A stretch of 61,516 nucleotides of DNA from a virus (lineage: Duplodnaviria > Caudoviricetes). The stretch lies in IMG/VR virus record IMGVR_UViG_3300031949_000035, positions 1 through 61,516 of that record. One strand, given 5' to 3'. Positions 54,040 to 61,516 of this stretch are shown here, one piece after another (the stretch's first letter is position 1; each line of letters begins with the position of its first letter). The notes under the pieces are model-generated. The model was not told the origin of the DNA and did not search any database. It saw only the letters and a list, made by a program, of their open reading frames with translations. The position numbers and the translations under genes are program-made.

Positions 54040-54252
54040 TCACCAAAAATATATTCGCGGTTTTTTATCCAGGGGGAATTCCACTCCTTCTTCCCCACTG
54101 ACAACATCATGCAAAGCTTTCCTTGCCTTTGCTCTTTGTGGCTTGTGTTTGTGAAGATGCCGCCATTGCTTGGGATCGCGGTTATGCCACTTCCAGTCAC
54201 CGCCAAGCAATTCTGCCTTGCGTTTATCTCCGTGGTGTCTTGTCCGGCTCAT
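54040..54252 (-). CDS. Small basic hypothetical protein
   Basis: MSRTRHH...IYFW; SD-like GAGG. Confidence 0.6.
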   Translation of the reverse strand: MSRTRHHGDKRKAELLGGDWKWHNRDPKQWRHLHKHKPQRAKARKALHDVVSGEEGVEFPLDKKPRIYFW

Positions 54253-54358
54253 AGCCCCGCCTCTCTAATGTTACCACAAATGGGATACCGTTGTCCATGA
54301 GAACCCCAAACGTCCTGTTCTCGGTGCCGGTGCCATTTACCCTAACAAGTGTTAGCAT
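54224..54358 (-). pseudogene. Truncated DUF5675-like gene (44 aa)
   Basis: GGGGAG SD; MLTLVR.......TFGVL..NG.PFVVTLE matches the DUF5675 N-terminus as recalled; the rest is missing. Confidence 0.55.
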
Positions 54359-54375
54359 AGTCTCCCCTTAAAAAG

Positions 54376-54708
54376 CTAATTCTTAAACCAAGCCACAACG
54401 CTTGCAATTATTGTGCCAATTATTCCCGCGCCAACGAATACATTGCGTTGGGAATTTATCCTATCGCTTTGGCAATTAATTCGTGAATGCAAATCTTTCA
54501 TGTTGGCGTCCATTTTCTCTTTTACAATTTTCAGATTATCATCCCCTTTTTCGCAGCCTCTTTTATCGATAGTGTCCATTCTTATCATAACTTCGGTCTT
54601 AAAATTGTTGATACCGGCATTTGTCTCCGATATTCTACCGTTAATATGCTCCAATTTCATAAGTATAACATCCACATTCTTTTCTATTTCCGATTTCAAT
54701 TCACCCAT
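54376..54708 (-). CDS. Coiled-coil protein with C-terminal TM (lysis-module type)
   Basis: Heptads plus C-terminal hydrophobic helix. Confidence 0.6.
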   Translation of the reverse strand: MGELKSEIEKNVDVILMKLEHINGRISETNAGINNFKTEVMIRMDTIDKRGCEKGDDNLKIVKEKMDANMKDLHSRINCQSDRINSQRNVFVGAGIIGTIIASVVAWFKN

Positions 54709-54710
54709 TT

Positions 54711-54917
54711 TTATACCCCTTTCATCGGCGGCAGTTTTAGGCCGGGAACATTCACTAGCGCCTCGTGTTCGCATTTAAGATATCCTAGTGCCGCCTTATA
54801 AAGTTTCTTGTCAAGCTTTATCACCTCGGCCCGCTTCAACACTTCCGCCGCTTCCTTTATATCGTAGCCCTGAGGTTCCACGGGTTGCTCGCTCCCAACG
54901 TATTTTAAACCATACAT
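54711..54917 (-). CDS. Hypothetical protein
   Basis: AGGAG SD. Confidence 0.65.
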   Translation of the reverse strand: MYGLKYVGSEQPVEPQGYDIKEAAEVLKRAEVIKLDKKLYKAALGYLKCEHEALVNVPGLKLPPMKGV

Positions 54918-54929
54918 AGTTTTTCTCCT

Positions 54930-57900
54930 TCAATAAGGTTTATATTTTCTCTTTTTTACCCTCTCTTCGTATGTGTTCACGCTAATCCCCCAAAAGGCCC
55001 AAACACTTTCCATCACGCTTAACGGGATATTTTGAGAATCCCATGCTTCCCAGATATCTCTATATGTCATTGGATACGTTAATCCGGCAGCGACATCAGC
55101 CAATGGCGCTTCTCCACCAAATATATATTTTCCTGTTATTCCAGCAACTAATGCAGGTGGGATAGGATGCGCCTTACTGACTCCAAAACGCAAAAAATCC
55201 TGGCCAGTCATTTCCTTGGACTCATACTTGCCCCCGCGCCTAACCATTACTTCTGGAAGACCTAAATCCACGCCGACTATTTTAGCAATTGCATTGGCGG
55301 AAGCAGAGGCAACCCTGGCTGTGAAAGTTATGGCTTGCCCAAATCCGGCAAGAGGGTCTATAACCTTATGTTCCCCTATTCTGATACGCAAGAAATCAGA
55401 TGCCCATGGCTTCATGCCAATGCTGACAATATTCTTGTCATCAAGCCAATCTTCAAGTAAAGCCAACATGTAAATATATACGCCCCACGCTAAAATAGTG
55501 CGGGAATATTCGAGAGCCAGAATGCGCTGTCCTCTGTTTCCGCCGCTTATTCCATTTAAAACCGCAGGTATTATACGCTTGAGATACGTGAACCTGCTCA
55601 CCATATACCTCGGCGCAAAAAAAGCCGCCGACAATATAGGTATGGAAGATTCAAATTTACCAAAATGGTATCGGCCGGTCGCTTCATTAACATATCGCGC
55701 AATAAGTCCGTCATCTTTTGTATTGGGGAACCCAAGGTCCTGGGACGCATAACGCATTATTTTCCAGGAATCAAATCTCATTTTGTTTAAAAATGTGATC
55801 GCAGCCCTATTGAATCGCGGGATAACTGGAATTTTGTGCCTTAACGCCCATTTACCCATCAGCATTTCTTCTTTCTTGGTCAGGCTATCACCCTCACTCG
55901 ATATATGCACACGCAGAGAAGGGTCTTTGTGTGCCTGCGAAGCCGGATAATCCGGGTCATCAAGAATTTCTTGTTCTATCATTTTTGAATACACGGGATC
56001 AAGAAAAGATCGCCAAGCATCCCTAATAACCTTTGACCCAACCAGAGGCCGACGCAAAACAAGAGGTATGCCTTGACGCGCAACGACACTCATTTCACCT
56101 GTAGCCACAAGCATTCTTACTACATCAAAATAAATAATTTCGGCTGTTTTACCGAGCTTGCCGCCACCGGGCTTCCATGACATGCGATCCCATATAGCTT
56201 TTTCTTCCATGTCCTTAAACTTTTCTCGTTGCAAACTCAATGCGCCACGGAGTAAAGCAAGAATGTTATCGGGCTGGTATTTAACCCGTTCCCTTTTGGT
56301 AAAGTCCTTGGCGGCGATTTTGTTTTGCAACTCCGCCAACTGCTTCAAGGCGCGTGTTTTGGCCGATTGCAAATATACTTCGTATCTTGATTTTTTTGGC
56401 TTTGAAGCGCTGACCATCTGCCTTTTTATCTTTAATAAATCATCTCTTTCCTTTCTTAATTTATCCAGTTCTTCAGTCTTATATTTTGGCTTCCGCGATT
56501 TAGCCGTCAACTCCCCGCTTTTTATCTGCTTCTCAAGTGCGGCAATAGAGTCTTCAAGCGCCTTGGTAGCTTTTAAAATTGCCGACTGCCGGCCTTGCGG
56601 TGATTCTTCTCGTACTTTTTGTAATGCTTTTCGCAGTAGTTCTTTTTTCCGCCGCAAGTTTTGGATAGCTTCATTATCGGGCTTATCTTTTGCCTTTGTG
56701 AAATATTCCTTTTCTTTTATTTTTCTCTCGTATTCGTCAATAGAGTCTTCAAGTTTAAGGACTTCCTTGGCTTCCTGAAATAAAGTATTGGCGTCTATCA
56801 ATTCTTGAGTTTCAGACTTAATGGCTTCGGTTTCTAATCGGATAGCTTCTAATTCCGAGCTTGTTATCTTCTCGCCTCGGCCTCTACTGTACACCCTCTT
56901 CTTGGCGTATTCCAGCTTTTTTAACTGCGTTTCCTGGTGCTTCTTCGCCCTTGAAATGGCGATAATAAGGCGTTGTTGGTCAGTGAGCCCTTTTATTCCA
57001 AATATTTCGTCATGATCTTTCTGAACCTGCTTTAATTCTTCCTTCTTTTCTTCAATCTTTTTTTTGTCTTCGGCGGTTAATTCAGCCTCGGTTTTTATTA
57101 TCCTTTCGCCGGTCTCAATTTCAAACTTTAAACTATTAATTTTGTTTGTGTAATATGTCAATCTGCTCTGAAGCAAGGACGCCAAATGCTTGCTGGTGTC
57201 TTCAACTACAACACCAAAACGGCGTTTTAATTCTTCAAGAATTTGCGCCTCGTGGCTTGCGGCATCGGTTAATTTTTCTCTTTCAAACCCAGTTTTAGGC
57301 AAAGGCTTCCTTGCCTTAACGTCTATCTGGTGCGAGATAAAGCGTAACTGATTTTTTATATCCCGGTACTTCACCAAAACTTCTTTCTGGGATAATAGGC
57401 GGAAGACCCCTCTCCCACTAATAGCGTCCATAGTTTTTTGCACGGGGATAGACGGATCAGCGGCGACAAGAATTGTATGCACCGTATTCACAAGCTCATC
57501 CCTTGTTATTTTGGGGTTTGATCCCAATATAGCAAGAACCAAAGCCCTGACACTCTTATGTAAAGCCTCTTTATCCGTGTCCATGCTATTGGCAAAAAGG
57601 CGCGTAACTTTTATGGTTGCGCCTTCAATTTTTCCCGCGGCAGTTTTCCCCTTTTTTACTCGGTCTCCTACTCCGGCCTTGTCCGGGGCACGTTTCTCGC
57701 CCGCTTTTGCTTCATCGGCTATTTCTTTCTTTAATTTGGCCATCATTTCATCAACATTTTTTTCGCGTGTTTTTATATCGGCTTCGCGTTTTTCAATTTC
57801 CTTCATCATTTTTTCTGCTTTAGCAAATTCCGCCCTTAAAATCCTGGTTTCTTCCTCGGACAAAGGCTTAAACCCTTTGGCCGCCCTTATCTTCCTTTCA

Positions 57901-60900
57901 ATATTGGCAAGGGAATAATCTTCTTCAATGCCTTCTTGAAGATAACGCATAACACGACCAGCAGATCGGCCTATCCTCCTGGCTATTTCCTCAACCTTGG
58001 CTAATTCGGCTTCGGATTCCATATACGCTTTGTGTGACTCAGCAATAGCATCCGTGTCGCCGCTGGCCTCCGCATCCATGCCTTGGTCAAACATATAATT
58101 ACGGCGTTTCTTTTTGTCTTTGTAGTGCATCATAACAGCGAAAATTTCTTCAGGCGTTGCACTCCCATGCTTTTCATAAAGCTTTTCGATTACGTCTTTT
58201 AAATAGTCAGAGTTTTTCTCTATTTCTTCAATTACCCTTTTATGTGTTTCGTTAATAGGTTTGGAAGGATCAAGCTTTAAAGGTAATTCCATCCTTTCCG
58301 CACGTTCTTCTCTTATGGCTTCCTTGGTGATCCATGTAGGCCCTATTTGAGCAGCCCCTTCTTCTCCAAGCTTTTTATTGAACTCCCTGACCGCCTTGAA
58401 CACTTCGGCAATATGCGACTTGAACTTATCCCATTTACCGCCAAGCCATTTTTTCATGGCAGAGCCGAAATTGAATATGTTTTTGGCCCCATCGGCATAG
58501 AACCTTTTCCCTGCTTCAGTCAGCAAGGCCATATCACCCTGGATATCGCCGGTTCCCCCAAGCTTCTCGTAAATAGTTTGAAGACCAAGGGATTCGAGAT
58601 AAACACCGCGTTCTGGTTTAGGTTCTGCCTCGCCAACGTCCACAGGTTCTTCCGGTAAATAAATACCCTCACCCTCTTTAAAATTCCATTGTGAGAATAC
58701 CGTCGGCTTAACGTTTTCGGGGATAACCAGGGCGCCCCCCGACACCAACTCCAACCATGCTTTTATGTTTTCCTCCGGGGATATAAGCCGTTGGCGTGCG
58801 TGGGGGGCACCACCGTCGGGTAATACTTCATAGCGAATAGCATCAATTTTTTTAACGCCCTCGTTGATGACCAAAGAAGTAGCGCTATTCATGAGAATGC
58901 TTCCTATATATTCAACATTCGCAGGGAGTGTCAATGATGCCCCGAAACCAAGAGTAATCCCATCTATTTTGCGAACCCCTTCATTAATTGTCAAGGTAGA
59001 AGTGTCACGAGTAAGGGTTATTTGTCCTATGTGATTAATACTTTTAGGGAGAGTTAATGACCCATTGTAGAGATTAATGCCCCCTATTTCACGAACCCCT
59101 TCATCAATGACTAATGGAGTGTCGGAACCCATATCTAAATGGCCTATATATTTGATACTTTTAGGGAGAGTTAATGACCCACTGTCGAGGTAAACAAATT
59201 CTACGGCACTAACCCCTTCTTCGATTGTCAAAGATGAAGATTCGTATATCTTTATCACGTTTAAGTATTCAAGACTTTTGGGGAGTTTTGCTGTCGAATT
59301 ATAGAGGAGAATATCATCTATGTGGCTGACTCCTTCAGGGACATTTAAGGTTGCCTTGGCAAAAAGTATTATTGCCTCTATTTTTTTAACAGCTTTAGAT
59401 ATAACTATAGCAGCATCAGGCCCGCTAATTGATATTTCTCCCAGATTAGACCTGCCCGGAAAGGATACCGTGGATTTGCCGCTGATAATTATTCCTTTGA
59501 ATTTAACAAAAGAGGGGATGCTTATGTCCCCGACATCGGACGCCTCTAAAGAATCCAACTCTCCCATATTCGGGTCGAAACTAAAAACTTTTTTTAATGG
59601 TATTTCCATCACATCGAGAAGATTTATAGGATCACCATACCCTACCCTACCCTTTAAACTATAACCAACTATTTTTGCGGAACGCTTATACACATCCTGA
59701 TATTCTATCCCGGGGGATTCAATTTTATACCTATGTTTTCGATATTTTTTAACAATAGTCTTGATCTTGGTCAGGGTTATTTCCTCACCGCTATCTCTTA
59801 AATCCCTTAAATCTTTTTTTAGCCTTTCTTCTATTACGAACCCTTCACCGCCAGGAAAGCCCTTCTTTTTGACAAAATCCAAAATTATGTCGCCTAGTTC
59901 CGGTTCCATATTTTGGTTTTCGTCTAGAACTCCTCGGACCTCTGAAATTTCACCGGCGATAACATAAACCGTTGCCCTGGCTTTGCCGGTATCATCCACA
60001 AAAACATGATGATCGCCCCTCTTTAATTGTGCACTTGCTTGATACCGCGTGCACCAAGGAGTTGTCTGGGCCAATGCCGATAATTCGGAAACTTGGGCAT
60101 GAAATTCTTCTTCACCGCTTACATCTTCTTTGTTCTTATAATGCACCCATTTACCGGAAACGTTCTTGTCTTTTGCGGTTACGCCTTTTTTATTTATGAT
60201 ACCTTCCTTGGCAATAACTTCCGTTATCCCCAAATATTCCCGTGTCCAATTACCTTTTATTCCGCCTTCCTGTAAATCAGCGTAAAATTTAGATACGGCG
60301 ACAATATTCAAGGACATCGGGTCTTTGTCTATTGTGTTTTTAGACAAAGCAGTACTCGTAATTTCTCCATCGCGCCTAAACGCTACTTCAGTAGCGATTT
60401 TATCTATCATAAGAGCCTGGAAATAGGGCGAATAGGTGGTATTGCCTTTAAGATAATTAACCCAGGAGCCAAGGATATCAGCAGCCGTTTTATTCATGGC
60501 GTCGCCCCACTGCTTGGATATCTGCTCATCGTTAATTCGCCCATCCTTATAGGCTTCAAGTATCTCCAATTGTTGCCCTATGAGGTTGCCGTCACGCCTC
60601 ATTGCTTCGGCAGTTGCCATAATCCTTTGGGCTGGAATTTGAGTCCTGTAATATTTGCTTTTATTGTTTAAAATATCCGCCTTTATTTCAGCAAATTTAC
60701 GCGACAACGCGGCATCCAAATCTTTTTTGGTTTGGATAGAAGAATATTTAGGGCTATCCGCGAATATTATTGCGGCGTTGTCGTCTGCAATACCTAAAAC
60801 TTTGGCCTTGCCGGTAGAAATAGCTCCTTCCTCACCCTTTAAGTAACTTTGGGAATACCAATTTTTGGCGGCCCCAAAAACTTTACCAATAAGAGATTCA

Positions 60901-61516
60901 TATCGCGCCCATTTCTCCTTCAAAAATGCTCTCATTTTGTGGGAGAATGACGTTATGTCTTTAGAGCCTTCCGCATAAAATCTTTTTCCGGCTTCAGTCA
61001 GCAAGGCCATATCACCCTGGATATCGCCGGTTCCCCCAAGCTTCTCGTAAATAGTTTGAAGACCAAGGGATTCGAGATAAACACCGCGTTCTGGTTTAAG
61101 AGTGGCGTCCTTGGACTTGAGGCCGGGATGAACTTTAGCAACGGCCTTGGCGGGTTCGGGTTTGGCTTCAGCTTCTCTATCAACATCGGCGCCAACTAAA
61201 TCGGATAGATTCTCTTTTGGCAACCCTTTAGCGGTAGGCAAAATTTCCCCTTTCGGGAATTCCGGTTGCGTTTTAAATAAAGGGGCGTAAGGCTCTGCCT
61301 CTTCTTCAATAATAGTTGCCTTACGTGCAGTCGGGGCAACAGTTGATCTTACATCCTTAACTATTTGTTCCTGTTTTTTACTAAGCTCTCTATTGGCAAC
61401 AGCCTTATTGAGAGCGATAAGGGCTTCGAGGCGTTTATAGGGCTTCCCTGTAAAGAATTCCGCCTTCATTTGCTTGAGGCGGTCCCGGAGTTCACGAACA
61501 AGGGTCGAAGTGGGTT
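54930..61516 (-). CDS. C-terminal part of the giant polyvalent protein (WCT/PcfJ-like domain, LRR-like solenoid, coiled coil)
   Basis: 2179-aa ORF open past 61469; TPWCT..A..QL..GD and EVRG motifs; SLTLPKSI..IG repeats. Confidence 0.9.
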   Translation of the reverse strand, partial: PTSTLVRELRDRLKQMKAEFFTGKPYKRLEALIALNKAVANRELSKKQEQIVKDVRSTVAPTARKATIIEEEAEPYAPLFKTQPEFPKGEILPTAKGLPKENLSDLVGADVDREAEAKPEPAKAVAKVHPGLKSKDATLKPERGVYLESLGLQTIYEKLGGTGDIQGDMALLTEAGKRFYAEGSKDITSFSHKMRAFLKEKWARYESLIGKVFGAAKNWYSQSYLKGEEGAISTGKAKVLGIADDNAAIIFADSPKYSSIQTKKDLDAALSRKFAEIKADILNNKSKYYRTQIPAQRIMATAEAMRRDGNLIGQQLEILEAYKDGRINDEQISKQWGDAMNKTAADILGSWVNYLKGNTTYSPYFQALMIDKIATEVAFRRDGEITSTALSKNTIDKDPMSLNIVAVSKFYADLQEGGIKGNWTREYLGITEVIAKEGIINKKGVTAKDKNVSGKWVHYKNKEDVSGEEEFHAQVSELSALAQTTPWCTRYQASAQLKRGDHHVFVDDTGKARATVYVIAGEISEVRGVLDENQNMEPELGDIILDFVKKKGFPGGEGFVIEERLKKDLRDLRDSGEEITLTKIKTIVKKYRKHRYKIESPGIEYQDVYKRSAKIVGYSLKGRVGYGDPINLLDVMEIPLKKVFSFDPNMGELDSLEASDVGDISIPSFVKFKGIIISGKSTVSFPGRSNLGEISISGPDAAIVISKAVKKIEAIILFAKATLNVPEGVSHIDDILLYNSTAKLPKSLEYLNVIKIYESSSLTIEEGVSAVEFVYLDSGSLTLPKSIKYIGHLDMGSDTPLVIDEGVREIGGINLYNGSLTLPKSINHIGQITLTRDTSTLTINEGVRKIDGITLGFGASLTLPANVEYIGSILMNSATSLVINEGVKKIDAIRYEVLPDGGAPHARQRLISPEENIKAWLELVSGGALVIPENVKPTVFSQWNFKEGEGIYLPEEPVDVGEAEPKPERGVYLESLGLQTIYEKLGGTGDIQGDMALLTEAGKRFYADGAKNIFNFGSAMKKWLGGKWDKFKSHIAEVFKAVREFNKKLGEEGAAQIGPTWITKEAIREERAERMELPLKLDPSKPINETHKRVIEEIEKNSDYLKDVIEKLYEKHGSATPEEIFAVMMHYKDKKKRRNYMFDQGMDAEASGDTDAIAESHKAYMESEAELAKVEEIARRIGRSAGRVMRYLQEGIEEDYSLANIERKIRAAKGFKPLSEEETRILRAEFAKAEKMMKEIEKREADIKTREKNVDEMMAKLKKEIADEAKAGEKRAPDKAGVGDRVKKGKTAAGKIEGATIKVTRLFANSMDTDKEALHKSVRALVLAILGSNPKITRDELVNTVHTILVAADPSIPVQKTMDAISGRGVFRLLSQKEVLVKYRDIKNQLRFISHQIDVKARKPLPKTGFEREKLTDAASHEAQILEELKRRFGVVVEDTSKHLASLLQSRLTYYTNKINSLKFEIETGERIIKTEAELTAEDKKKIEEKKEELKQVQKDHDEIFGIKGLTDQQRLIIAISRAKKHQETQLKKLEYAKKRVYSRGRGEKITSSELEAIRLETEAIKSETQELIDANTLFQEAKEVLKLEDSIDEYERKIKEKEYFTKAKDKPDNEAIQNLRRKKELLRKALQKVREESPQGRQSAILKATKALEDSIAALEKQIKSGELTAKSRKPKYKTEELDKLRKERDDLLKIKRQMVSASKPKKSRYEVYLQSAKTRALKQLAELQNKIAAKDFTKRERVKYQPDNILALLRGALSLQREKFKDMEEKAIWDRMSWKPGGGKLGKTAEIIYFDVVRMLVATGEMSVVARQGIPLVLRRPLVGSKVIRDAWRSFLDPVYSKMIEQEILDDPDYPASQAHKDPSLRVHISSEGDSLTKKEEMLMGKWALRHKIPVIPRFNRAAITFLNKMRFDSWKIMRYASQDLGFPNTKDDGLIARYVNEATGRYHFGKFESSIPILSAAFFAPRYMVSRFTYLKRIIPAVLNGISGGNRGQRILALEYSRTILAWGVYIYMLALLEDWLDDKNIVSIGMKPWASDFLRIRIGEHKVIDPLAGFGQAITFTARVASASANAIAKIVGVDLGLPEVMVRRGGKYESKEMTGQDFLRFGVSKAHPIPPALVAGITGKYIFGGEAPLADVAAGLTYPMTYRDIWEAWDSQNIPLSVMESVWAFWGISVNTYEERVKKRKYKPY
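58513..58620. repeat. 108-bp perfect direct repeat, copy A
   Basis: Identical to 60991-61098; encodes KPERGVYLESLGLQ...LLTEA. Confidence 0.95.
60991..61098. repeat. 108-bp perfect direct repeat, copy B
   Basis: Identical to 58513-58620. Confidence 0.95.
61375..61516. repeat. Terminal overlap, copy 2
   Basis: Matches 1-142 with one mismatch. Confidence 0.95.

Noticed and set aside
58513-61098. Diversity-generating retroelement TR/VR pair
   Set aside because: The copies are identical with no adenine-specific changes, and no reverse transcriptase is encoded.
54930-61469. N4-like virion RNA polymerase
   Set aside because: I see no RNA polymerase catalytic motifs; the content fits a polyvalent protein.

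Overview
This window is a complete circular genome of about 61,374 bp from a tailed dsDNA phage with a podovirus-like layout; the first and last 142 bp overlap with one mismatch. The minus strand carries TerS, TerL, portal, scaffold, capsid, adaptor, fibre, nozzle and ejection genes, then a ~3,061-aa polyvalent protein that spans the assembly junction, then a lysis-type block. The plus strand carries early genes and a lambda-O-like replication module. The main discovery is two integron-like cassette arrays (about 30.2-36.5 kb and 46.8-52.5 kb) with about 24 attC-like sites and an attI-like head site, but no integrase in the genome. Cassette ends are pairwise complementary over 7-13 bp, as expected for cassettes inserted by IntI-type recombination. 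Most cargo genes run opposite to the normal integron orientation and are rich in DNA-modification and counter-defence functions (four methyltransferase genes, a Mom-like gene, an RNA ligase); the array also holds the only intact endolysin candidate. Other observations include a small gene overprinted inside the giant gene, repeat-bounded modules in that gene, a tRNA-like leader on the Mom-like gene, a two-frame C5 methyltransferase, a terminase-fragment fusion and a triplicated double-hairpin early leader. All protein calls come from motif recognition and gene order; no searches were run.
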